The notes beneath the pieces are model-generated. The model made no database searches. It saw nothing but the letters and a program-made list of their open reading frames with translations, and was not told where the DNA came from. From Lingula anatina (lineage: Eukaryota > Animalia > Brachiopoda), in contig CM120641.1 in the NCBI GenBank assembly GCA_051362555.1, forward strand, positions 39,810,401-39,874,400: a stretch of DNA of 64,000 nucleotides, in the 5' to 3' direction. Positions 1 through 12,400 of this stretch are shown piece after piece. A program made the position numbers and the translations under genes. Each line of letters opens with the position of its first letter. Position 1 is the first letter of the stretch.

Positions 1-359
1 CATTTGCTTTAAAAAAAGATTAAGAATAATGAATGCTTGCATGTCGACTTAAAGCTTAACATAAATTTTTATTGCTTTTTTAGAGTAAAGTCCAAAGACC
101 ATCTGTAGCTGAATAAAGTTCAGAATTTGTGATTTGCACAGATGTTTACTTCATACACAATTGTGTTAATTTTTCACTTGTTGAAATGACTTTTGGAAAT
201 TACATTGGTTTGAATGGTCAGATATTTCTTTTGACTAGCAGTATAAAAGATTTTGTGGGTCTGTGTGTGTGATTTAATATGTTATTGGTAGTTATACTTT
301 TAATATGTTACCAACTAATACATTGCTGGACTGATGTGATTTTTGTTTTCCAATTTCAG

Positions 360-461
360 CCATGTCGCTTTGGCATCAGTTGTAACAACAAATCTCAGTG
401 TGCGTTTACACACCCCTCTCTGCCCACTCAAGATAAACTGAAGTGGAAGGCTGGCACATAA
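360..461 (+). CDS. ZC3H14: Last coding exon of ZC3H14/Nab2-type CCCH zinc-finger poly(A)-binding protein (gene begins upstream of window)
   Basis: Acceptor tttccaatttcag ends at 359. Exon reads PCRFGISCNNKSQCAFTHPSLPTQDKLKWKAGT*, a CX5CX5CX3H finger followed by the P..LKW tail typical of the ZC3H14 C-terminus. Confidence 0.75.
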   Translation, partial: PCRFGISCNNKSQCAFTHPSLPTQDKLKWKAGT

Positions 462-1225
462 AGTGTGTGGTTAGTATATAACTTAATGTTTAATATGCAA
501 GTTGAAAACCCAAGTAGAGATTTCTGAAAATAATTTCCCTTACATGTTTGTTTTAAGCATGTGTTAGGCAGTGTGAAATCTATAAACCTGCAAATTTACC
601 AGGAAGGCAATCTGTTGCTGTCACCTTAGTAATCTCCTTTTTCTTTTAGATATATGACAAAAACAAAGTTCAAGTTGGTGGACTGAAGAACAATTGTTCC
701 AAGACATGAAGCCATGATGGTGGAATCTCGACAAAAAAATAGCCAGTGTAACAGGGAAGGAAACATTTACCACAACATGATTGTGGTTGTGAAAGATTCA
801 TACTAGTCAGTGGGTGTGCTTCTAACATGAAGGTGAAGAGTTGGCGTCATTTACTATTCAGCCATCGAGCGTCTACATTTATGGAACTTTGTATGCATGC
901 ATTGTTAGAAGTTAAAAATGCACTGCTATTTATGTCAGGGACTCTTTTCAGGACTCTTCATTTATGGCAGAAATAATCTTTTTATGATCGATTGTATTTT
1001 AAATACTGTTAGAGATTGGAAAAATATGTATCAAGCACATATCCCATCAAGACATACTATTATTCCACATTTAAAGTGAAATAAGAAGAGGATTCATAAT
1101 AAAGAAAAATAAAATGCAATTTGCAGGACTTTTCATAGTTTATCTTACCAAATAAAATGCTACAAAAATGATTAAAATATTTTGTGTTCATTTCAAATGA
1201 TTGATAAATGTCTGCATCAAAAGGT

Positions 1226-3380
1226 TCACAATTTTTTGGTAAAAACCATAATCTGAGCATGCGTTTCTCCAAGTTTCAAATAACTACACTGCTGTAATAC
1301 CCAAGATATGTGCTTGACCTCTTCCTCTACACATTTACTACTGGACCTAGGATCATTTTTACTGTTCTCAAAGTTCTTATTGTGCTCGGCGTTACCATTC
1401 TTATTGCCCAGGTCTACTGCATGACCAGTGCTTGCAACTTCTAAACGTTTATCGAGCTCCGCTTCACTGTTGACAGTTCCCAAATCAGCAGGGGTGTGAA
1501 TTTCTTGTCCCACATATTTCTTTTCTTGTCTAATAACTACTTGATTAGAATCAACATCTATCTCTTTATGAGCATGCTGACCTGAAACCAGGTGTAAGAC
1601 CAAATCTTTCAGCTCTGTGACTGTGAGAAGAACCACTCTTCCTCCTGGCTTCAATACCCTGTTCATCTCAGAGATCATCAGTGGGTAAAGGGTTTCCACA
1701 GTCTTTGGGCTACAATGTTTATATCCAAATGGAGGATCACATATAATGACATCCACACTGCCTGATTTCATTGGTAGCTGCCTGACATCTGCTTGTAGCA
1801 ATTCAATGCTATTAGAATCAGGTAAAAGTTGTTTATTTTCACTTGCTTTCACCAGCTGTGAGTCTGAAATGTCAAATCCATAATATCTGGCATGGGGCCA
1901 GCTGTGCTGTGCCTCCATTAAGATGGTTGCTGCTCCACACATGGGGTCTAATACAACATCACATGGGGAAATGTCACATAAGGAGCATAGAATCCAACTG
2001 ACTGTGGACCTGAGACCTATGTGCTTGATGTAAGTCCTTTTTGAAAGTGGGATTTTAGTTACTGGAAGGCCAATGACAAAATGACCATCATTGATCTGAA
2101 TATATATTTCCAGCATGGGATCTTTGAGGTCAGCTTTCCAGCCTGTTTTCTTTGCTACAGCAATACCAAGAGTTTTTGACCATTGCTGTAATGAAAACAT
2201 TCTCCCAGTGTTGCCTGAACACTTGCAAGAGACTCTAAAAGTAACTTGTGACTCTGAATCCAATTTCTGCCTCTTTGCTAGGGTATGGTCATCATTATTT
2301 CCAATGGCTGTTTTCTCACTGTCTCCAGTCTTATGAGAAAATTGAAATATTTTCCAAGAGTTCAGGTTATCTGACCAACTATTGATTTGTTTAATTAATT
2401 CAGAAACTTGGTGCAGACCTAAAAAAAATACAAACAGTGAATAAGATAACAAGACTTATTTTTAAGAAATCTTAATCACAAAGCTTATTTTTAAGAAACT
2501 TATTTATAATATAATTGACAATACATTGTTGCAACAAGTACAGTGAACATGAAAATCTTGAACTAGGATGTGCCTATCAACAGTCAAAGGAAAAGACTCA
2601 AAGCTGTAATTTTTTTTAAATTACTGTCTTTTAAAAAAAATTATTTGAGATAATCTCTGGACAAACCTTTCCTTCTGGTGAAACCTATATTATTCTGAAA
2701 ACATACTTGGATAAACAATCTTTCAGCTGATCTTGTGTCAATAAGCTTCTCACACTTGCCTTGAAAGTGAAATAAAACCTTACCATCAAACTGTTGAACC
2801 TTGAAATAAACAAAACGTGTCATCATTTTGCATTTTTCAAACAGTTAAATAAAAATAAAAAAATGTTTGCTTTTATAAATATATGATAACAAATTGAATT
2901 TGTATTCACATTTTAACCAAAGCACACATGCAACTTGCCATCATTCTAATTCAATATTGTAAATAAATGTGCTCCTCACAAAAACCACAGGATCATAGCA
3001 CGGTGTTTCAAGCGTCGTAACCACTTTAATTACGGCTTCTGATATGTGCAATTTGTGTTAATATATTTTAACACATATCGTGCATATCAAAAAAGCCAAA
3101 AGTAAGAGTGCTAATGGCACATGAAACATCATGCCACACGGGTCCAATGCCAACTCTGCAATTTAGAACTACAAATGCTGAAATAGTACTTCGTAAATCG
3201 CTAGCTGCCTTTGAGAAAAAAATCTATTCGCTTTATTACTGATATATACAGAAATTATTGAATGCATAATACCCTTACCTGCGTTGCACCTTTTGCCTTC
3301 AGTTCCTCGACTAGAAAACGCTCTGTTCCTCTGCCAGCCGTGCAAAAATACGGCGAGCTCACGACTGTTGACATTTTCAT
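1226..3380 (-). CDS. THUMPD2: THUMP domain-containing protein 2 (THUMP + class I SAM methyltransferase, U6 snRNA m2G type), 3 exons, ~475 aa
   Basis: Exons 3380-3279 (MKMSTVVSSPYFCTAGRGTERFLVEELKAKGATQ), 2799-2667 (VQQFDGKVLF..SAERLF) and 2418-1226, with consistent phases 0 and 1. Motifs TFRVSCKCSG, GWKADLKDP, LSKRTYIKHIGLRST, VLDPMCGAATIL and DVIICDPPFG. FCTAGRG and SAERLF fit THUMPD2 better than THUMPD3. Confidence 0.9.
2990..3145. repeat. Imperfect palindrome (degenerate MITE/hairpin) in THUMPD2 intron 1
   Basis: Arms gtgtttca..ggcttctgatatgtgcaatttgtgttaa and ttaacacatatcgtgcatatcaaaaaagcc..tgaaacat are reverse-complementary around ~3062. Confidence 0.55.
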
Positions 3381-3384
3381 GCAT

Positions 3385-3520
3385 GTACCGGAACCATGAG
3401 GTGAAGATTAGAGCGCAGGCGCGGAGTTCATACCAACCAATCGGTGACGAATAGTAACTCCGCGTGACGTTTGGAGAGACTTTAGGAAGGAAGGTGTGGA
3501 ATGGTAACAATGTCAAAACG
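3385..3520. promoter_or_regulatory. Compact bidirectional promoter between THUMPD2 and the peptidase gene, including a putative non-coding first exon of the peptidase
   Basis: Local CpG enrichment, GCGCAGGCGC (NRF1-like, ~3413), CCAAT (~3437) and TGACG/TGACGT motifs. A plus-strand donor CG|GTAAGA at 3521 can pair with the acceptor at 4973/4976. Confidence 0.55.
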
Positions 3521-5036
3521 GTAAGAAGTTTTTCTGACATAAACTCTGTTATGTTGAATGAATGGAGTGTGAGTAGAATTATCAATATTGGTCTGTTGGA
3601 CTAAGGTCTTTTTCGTTCGAGATCTAACGTTAACTTTAGTTTTGATTTGTTGTGTCAAACATGAAGTCAAGAAGTCGGTACAAGTACTGGAATCATTGTA
3701 CAACCACTAGTAGTGATTGTAATGTGCAGTGCAACTTACTGTATGTTAGCCAGCAAACGACGTGTACTTGTCTTTTGTTTTGATTTTTTAACAAACACTG
3801 ATGATATCATACACATATTTGGAACTCTGATGGATTGTTTAAACCAAATAAGGATTTGATTTGAATGTTACTTGTGAAGTAAAGCAGCAAAATTTACGCC
3901 AAGAAATAACATCAGTAATGCAACTGTTAAATGCTAAAAATACTGCTAAAAGACAATCAAAGGCAAAAGATGAATTAAGCAAAAAATTCAGCACTTGTTT
4001 TTCCCACTGCCATTAATACCGGTACTTTGTTTGATTAAAATTACCTTATATGGGATATTCTTACCAAATTTAATTTTTTTGGAAAAAAAAAGGAAATATT
4101 TCCTACTTTGGAACCATTTCTTGACCTTTCCCTGCAATTGGTTTCAAGGTTTTGTACCAACATTTAGAGTGACTTCCCAGTCACCTAGACCATCATATGT
4201 CTTCTGGTGCATTTTAGAAGGAAATATGATACCAAGTGTTTTTATTTTAGAGGTTTTATCATCTTTAATTTCAGAACTGGGAAATATTAGTAGTTCTGCA
4301 TGACATATAGACCTGCAAATATACGACTTAAGTAGTTTCTAAGCCTGGCCATTTGGCATATTTATATGTTATTTTGATATAAAGTGTCTAAAGGATGAAG
4401 TTAGCGTACATTCATTGTAGATAGGTTTTCATTGTCTTAAATCTTTTTATTCAAATGTAGATAGATACTGTATTTATGTTAAAAGGTGTGTCAAATTATT
4501 AAATTTAGAAAAATGCAATGAGGAGTTCCCTTTGCTTAAAATTGCATTATCATTTTGGTAAAATATATTGTGATTTTAGTCAAGTATTGAATTGTCTCAT
4601 TTTTCTTCCAAACACCAGTATTTAGCCCTTATAATTACACCATATTAATAAGCAGATCATATGTGAATCAGTCATTTATGGTAATCACCTAAACTTTTTA
4701 TGGGAAAAATTGTGAATTTTATAGATACAGTATTTTTTAATTAATTTATTATAAAAATCAGATCAGTTTTATTGATTGGTAGGATCAAAAATGAAAAGCA
4801 GGCTTCCTTCAAGTTCTTTTTAAATTTATACAGTAAAAGCACTGCAAGTGCTTCACAGAAACATTTTTTTCAAATCTTGTTTTTTTATGTTTCTAAAAGA
4901 TTGATAATTTTTCCCCATTTAAAAGATCAAGCCATTATCATGCATGTGTATAAGACATGTTTCTTTGTTTCAGCAGTGTCCATCTACTTTGGAAAAGACA
5001 ATCAAGTAAGATGTAGCATCTTAGAAAAATCAGAAG

Positions 5037-8000
5037 ATGCTGCTTCCATATATTGGTGCAGTCGTGGCATTATGGCTGCTGCTGGCTGTCACTGGACTTC
5101 ATGGGTCCTGCATCCATGACCAGATCCAGCCAGATACAGTCCCAGTATCCACTTTACAGTATAGGTCCAGCAGCCACAGACATGATGACAAATATTCTAG
5201 TCAAACAGAACACAGTTTGGATAACTCGAAAAATAAGATAAATTATAAATACAGAAGGAAACGTGTGGTTGAAGCGTATGAACCCATCCGCATTATAGCC
5301 CACTATGAGAACTTGGGTCTTTCTGAAAATGAAGAAGGTCGCCTCAGAAATACTGTTAATATGGCCATTACAAGAATCTCAAATCTTTTGTCAGGTGAGT
5401 GTTAAAGCCAATTGAAAATTTTACTCCCTTCATGTAAGGCCAGGGCCAGAGGTTCATTTATTCAGAAATTACTAACTTATTTTTATCCAACTTTCCTAGA
5501 AAATTTGTATTCTTATTAAAAAAAAAATTTTTCATTGTACCTTTGGTATAGTAGAGGGAATGTGTGGTGATTATTTAAAAATTTGAACAAAACTTGTATA
5601 TTAAATTAATGAAGTTGCATTGAGGTTATAGTCAATATACATGTTAAAGACAATTAAAAAGCTCTACGGAAATGAAAGTGGGAAACTTTGTATGTATATA
5701 AAATGTTTATTTTTGAAGTGATGAAGTGGATAAAATAAGTGATGCTCCATATTTATTAGTAGCTTGCACAGATACTTCTTTAGCTCTCTGATCATTTTTC
5801 TCTCTTCCTGTATCTTCTTTTGAGGCATCGGCATTGTCTTGTGTCTATGAATAATAATGATTTTTAAAAAAGATGAAAAGAAATGTACACTTAATACTGT
5901 TTGTTATGAAGTTATCGTAGTGTTGTGGGACTGGGTTTTGATGTGCCCCTGATGGCTATTGGTCAGGAACAGGGTATATGATTTACAAACAAATCTTGTT
6001 TATTTTGGAGAATGACATTTTAAGTAATCATCTGCAACAATGAAACGGGTAATTTGTGAGGAAGGCAACTGTACCTTATTTCATGCCCAAAATCAAAACA
6101 AGGTACAAGAAAAATGTTAACAAAGTTCCTGCACAGGGAAGGAGACAAAGGGAGGGTAAATATGTTTACTGTGTTTGGTTTCCATTTCTCTGCTCCGCTT
6201 ACTTAAACAAGACCCAGCTTAAGCAGTGTGTTTGTGCATTAAACTCCAGCATTGATGTGGAGTAATCATTGGACTCTCCCTCTGTTGGTGCAGTTGCCGG
6301 GAGAGAACAGTAAACACTGACTGTTCCTAGTGTTTCCTCAATTATGTTGCATTGAGATTATAGTCAATAAAGGACAACATTTTTTATGTGGGCCATTATG
6401 CTGAGTCTAAAAGGTGTACAAGTAGGGTGTTGATTTAATCCTATTGCATAAAATGAATTGAGTGTAATGCATGTGTGAACACGTGAAGATATGAACTTTG
6501 CAATTGACATATGTGTACGATTGTCATTACCCAGCAACATAAAATGTATTGAACTGATTGCACATTAAATCTATGATAGATTCTAAAAAAATGGGTATTT
6601 TTATTTGTATATTTATTTCACACAAAAGTAACTGTGCAGTACCTGATGTGGTAACTAGAATATGTATTGATTTACATTGTGATGCCAGGAGAGCCCAATC
6701 TTATGTTATGGAGCAACAGTATACACAGATCACGGTAGCTATTGACAGGTTAAGATAAAGAGACGGACAAATTCTACCTGGTTTTGTTAACCTAGAGATT
6801 AGCCTTTAGCTAAGCCTGGTTTCTTGTATATCTGTTTCTTTTCATCTTTCTCCAACATGAACTGTGTAAATTTGAAATGATTTAAATGCACATAAGACAA
6901 AAATCATCTTTGATGAATTATCTTTTTAAGAGTTAAAAGCATTGGAAAGTGTGAATGTGTGTGTATGTCACAGTTAAATTCTAGAATATAACACAAAATT
7001 GCCCCTTCATATTTACCGATTTTGATTCAGTAAATTGATGTAAAATGGGGTATATGGGCATATGTTTTTCAGCATTTAACCTTTAGAAACATATCAGATA
7101 TGATCTTGTTGGTAGGGTATCACGACCTTTCTAATAAAAAAAGACTCATACTGGTCTTGGTTTGCATCTTCATTTAGAAAGACTAAAAGTTGCTCGTAAA
7201 GTTAAAGGAGTAGAAAATACCCTTTTCACTCAAGTCTAGGTGTTGTTGACAGGGAATGGGAATTAATTCACACTGTGTGACATGTATTCCAATGTTTTCC
7301 TCCTGTATCTAAGCAACCTGGGATTTTTTCCAGCAGTTTTTTTTTTCTTCTGGTAAAATGTTGTAGACTTTGAAACATGTGTTAATGGATTTACCAAGGT
7401 TGGGACACATTTCAACATAGAGTGTTTGTATTTGTTGAAGAAAAAATGAATCTGTTAAATTTTTTTGTATCCTGTCCTTGAGCAAATATTTTTTATAAAT
7501 CCTTTAAGAATAATTTAAAATAAATTGTTCTCTTACAATAATGATCAAAGCAAACTGAATATATTTTCCAGTTTTAATGAGTTTTGATTTTGAATTGTAG
7601 GGGTAAAAGTGCAGGAAAGAGTTTAGAGTGTGAGAAACTTGTAGAAAATGAGTGAAGCGGGGAAAGAGGAGAGTGTATTTGTTTCAATGCCTTTTTGTTC
7701 AAAATTCATTTTATTTTGTAAACAAATGGCCTTTGGTGTTTGGTTGGAATAATATATTATAATGATTATGTTGGAAATAAACATCCCATATTCATTTGAA
7801 CAAAATTCAATGTGAATCTTTAGATTTAACTCTGTATTTCTTGTAGTTATCCATGTCCAAGGTCCACTTCTCCTTAGTAGAGAGGCCTGCAATATCTTCT
7901 GGTCAGATGGTCCCAATGCTGGAAGGTAAGACTTATTATGTATTTCAAAAACCATTTCATCAGGTTATAATGTATGTGTACTTTTGATGAAAAGAAGGCT

Positions 8001-9368
8001 TAATACTTGTATCTGTTGTAACAGGCTGTTGGTTTATTAAATTTATTTAATTTGTTAATGTTAAACTACTACATAGGATGTTTTAATGTGATTTAAATTT
8101 ATGTTATTAAACGTGTTCAGTGCAACAAAAATTACACAAAGAACTACTTAACAGAATAAAGAAGATGGCTTATTGTAAAGAAGTTTTAAGTTTTACACAA
8201 ATTTTCCCATTAAAATCAGTGTGAAACAAAACTGTTGATTTGCAAACAATTTCACTTGCTACATGTAAGGTTAGAAGGAATATTCATATAATACATAATT
8301 ATATTTTTTCAGGTGCCAAGAGCTAAAAGTTGGATATAGAGACAGTGATGAAAAATGTGGCCCAGATGATTTTGTTGTAAGAAAATCTTCTTCTATATGA
8401 TATCAGTTTAGATGAAAAAATGATAATATTAATAATGGTTTAAATAATATTTATAATATTATTTATAAATATTATAAATATTATTTATAATATTTATAAT
8501 AATAATAACAATATTTTAGTCTTAATTCTTACAAGTTAATTTGACTTAACAGTATTAAAACATTAACATATTAAACTATTCAGACAAGAAATAAAACCAT
8601 TGTTAAGACATTGAATTAAAGGGTATGTTTGAAATACCATTGATAGTTTTATACCTAAAAGAACTTTAAACTCTCTAATTTCCTAGAAAGGTACATTTTC
8701 ATTTTTTTCAAACCATTCTTTGACACTATTTGGTGCAAAATAAAGGCTCATTCCCAATAAAGCTATCATTCTACGTAGATCGATCCAGTTCCACAGGGAT
8801 TCTGGCTGATTGCAGTCAGGTTAACAGGTCTCTCTTTGTTTCCAACATACTCTTATAACCACCAGCTTCTCTGTATTCTACTTAAATTAAGAGGAGTATT
8901 ATCCTCCAGATTAGGGAAGGTTATATCATTGTCAACCATTACTTTTGAAGTTACCGTAGTGTTTGCGTTATTTGTTAACCTTTTTTTTATTTTTTCAGGA
9001 ACTTAGTCATGTTTAATTGTCTTTTCCTAGAAAAGGAAAATGATCATCGTCAGATCTTTTTAAAAATTGAAAAAAAATTGAACTCTGACTTAAGGTAAAA
9101 TATTATTGAATATTGTGGACAACTGATACTTAACATTTTCCCTACAGATCCCTAGAGAACACCTGAGTGGGTTTAGTACTTATGGTTACAATGCATCCCA
9201 ACCAAACCAGCAACACTTCTCAGATGGCCCTGGTCTCCTAGCTGCAGACTATGTGGTTTACATTCAGGCTCGCAGTACGGGCAGCTGTTCAAGAGATGTA
9301 AGGGGTATTGCCTGTACTTAATACATTCAGAAGTTAATTTGGCATTATTTTTGCTGAAGTCAAAAAGT

Positions 9369-9418
<50 letters not shown>

Positions 9419-12400
9419 GAGAAGTCTTGTCCAATTTTCTGTGGTAAAATTTAACTAGCATTATTATTTGGTTTGGATTTGCTATTTTTAGTGAGACACT
9501 AGACATTTTATTTAACAAAGCATTCTCAGTGTTATTTCATAATGTGTGCAAGTAGCTCTCTCATTTTCTTATTAATTTAGAAGTATGTCATTTTCTGAGG
9601 GTTTCCTTTTTTCCTTGTTCCCAGAATTTTGCTGTGATGGCATATGCTTCTTATTGTCGACAAGATCAAAATGGCCGCCCTGTGGCAGGATATGTTAACT
9701 TCTGCCCAACACACTTAAATGATGGTACATTTGAGGAAAGCAAAGCAGTGCTGGTAAGATTGTTACTTGTTCTGATCATTTAGTATCACGTCAAAAGAAA
9801 ATTCAACATTGTTAGGAAGTATATTATTATTAAGTAGAAATGTTATGTACGCATATTGTTTATTTGTGAAAAGAATTTGAGTTCTGATATTGCAGGATTG
9901 AGTAAAATGACATGAATTTTATTCTTGACATGTTTAACAATTGGGTAATTGTGCATCTCCTCCTTTTTCAGACTATGATCCATGAACTATTCCATGCTCT
10001 TGGCTTCTCCAAGAACCTGCTTGATGAATACCGTGATTGTTCTCATTCAGGTGAGTTGTGGGTTTCCATCAGCAGCAGCATTTTAAAAATAAATAACGGG
10101 TCTTTTTGAAAATTTGTGCTTTGATAATAACAATATTTTACCTTGTAAGAAGCCTCTTTTTGTGTTAATGGTTACAGAATTCTTATCTAAGTGGAAGTTG
10201 ATTTAGTTTATATACCAAATGGAGTTTTAATATGTCTCTTTCATGAAAAAGAAAATTCAATTTCTGAAGATGACGCGAAACATTTCATATTCTCTTGTTT
10301 TATTGACTATTTAGGTCAAAAATTATAACAGATTGTTTTTTCTTTGACAGCCTCCGGCCTAAACTGTCCCAAAAGACACCGTGTTACGGGCTCAGTCTCT
10401 AGAGTAGAGAGAATCATCACACCTACACATGTTACTGCTACTTCACAACATTATAACTGCACAACACATCCTGTCAATGAGTTTGGCGCACCTTTACATT
10501 TGGTGGTAAGTTATGAACAATATCCTTTGCAAGAGTAAGTTAAGTTGGATGATTGATTGTAAGTGAGCTTGATGTTACCAGTTGTTAATGTTTTCAGGTT
10601 TTGTTTGTTTTGTCAGGTGTTTGATTTTTTTCACATAAAAGTTCGGGACACATTTTTCTATTGATAATATAATGTATTCTTAACTTTGTGATAATTTTAA
10701 GGATTCTTTTACATGATTTATGTAATATTATTGCTGTTGATTTTTTATTCAGAATAGCAATATTGACTCTCACTGGGATGCAAGGTTTCTACAAGGATCT
10801 ATCATGGCGCCATCTATAGGCTTGGTAAGAGGGATTTAACTGCAATTAAAATCCTCGCTATTTCATTTGAAATTAAACTCCACTAGTATTGAAAAAAGCT
10901 GGCAAGTCAAAAACTTGAGCTGGAGGCAATGTTGTTAGGTAGTATTAAGTAATGGTAAATTTGAATTGTAGAAGCAGCTTTCATGTGTCTAAAATTCTGG
11001 ACATTTTTTGTATCCACTAGATCTGAAGTTAACACTTGGTTTTCACTGGGTTTTATCTTAATGTAAAACCTTATTTACAAAATGTATTAAAAACTGTGCA
11101 CTGTATTTTTTATTATTATTATTATTTTTTTTTTGATTGATTTTTACTTATGTAACAAATTTTATTTTTGTTCTTCTAGCCACATTTAACATTTATAGAT
11201 AACATGACAATGTCACTGTTTGAGGATATGGGATGGTACAAGGTTAACTATCAGGAAGTAGATGACTACCACTGGGGAAAAGGTAAAAATTTTAATATTA
11301 GTAAGCAAAGTAATAATCTATCAGTATAGTCTAACACTAGTAGATACGTGATTGGAAACTGAATTTTCTTTGGCTAAAAGTCTTATATCATGAAACAGTA
11401 AATGGATTGATAAATAACGATAACATTTAAATAGATGATCTGTTTTACTTCATAAATTTTTTTCACCCTTCAGATGAAGGCTGTGACTTTGGTTTGCAAC
11501 AAGCCTGCAATGACGAGTCTGAGTTTTTCTGTACAGGAAAGTGAGTGATGAGTTTTCTTTTAAAAAGAAATAAGATCATTTCATAGTGCTGTTAGTTCTC
11601 CAACCAGTTTGTAACAGCAATGCCTCTCTTCAAATATTTATTAAGTGCCACTTAATATGTAGAAAATAAAAATAAAGTGAAAGATAGAATATTAGATAAA
11701 TTTTGTTAGTTTATTCTTGATTTGATTTGAAGTTTATTTTTGTTTATGATACATTATTTTACTCAGATGTTTACATAACTGTAATTTTGAAATTTGACAA
11801 ACATTTAATTTACACTGTAGTGATTTGGGCTGTCATTATCTGCACTTGGACAAAGCTCAATGCAGCAAAGATGATTTCTTGGGATCTTGCAGGATATTTA
11901 TTGCTCAACCTGGGGTAAGTTGTAGTTTTATTTTTTTTTCAACCTTCTGTGTTTGATTTCTCTGAAATTAGTGTTAAGGAAAGCAAAAAAGGATGTTATT
12001 TGGGTCTCATGAGTCATATTGTCATTTTTGCACTATTTGCATTTTACAGGTTAAAAAGTATTTACTCTTTGATTCAGTACTTCATTACTTGCAGTCTTCT
12101 ATGTTCAAAGTGCATTACTAGCAGTATTACTTGCATGTATGCAAAGGTTGTCATAAACTATTGTTAGGTCTGTACCATATTACTGTATAACCAGCCATTC
12201 TGTAAAAAATGAGCTAGAACCAAGAAAGCTTATAAATGTAAAAAGAAAGGTCTCTTAAATTTGTTTTTCTTCAGGGTGCATGTTTTCTTCCATTTGGTGC
12301 TTCTGTGTCGCTTGGATACGGTGAAGTTCATAGTTCAAACAGCAGGTGCTTCCTGTCTAACCTCACTCTTTCAGTAAGTGCACAGTGTCACATTTTATTT

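Noticed and set aside
3169-3585. 138-aa minus ORF over THUMPD2 exon 1
   Set aside because: Wrong frame; the real exon reads FCTAGRG from the ATG at 3380.
10263-10285. CTGAAGA..GAAAC hammerhead-like core
   Set aside because: Stem II is essentially absent and there are no supporting stems.
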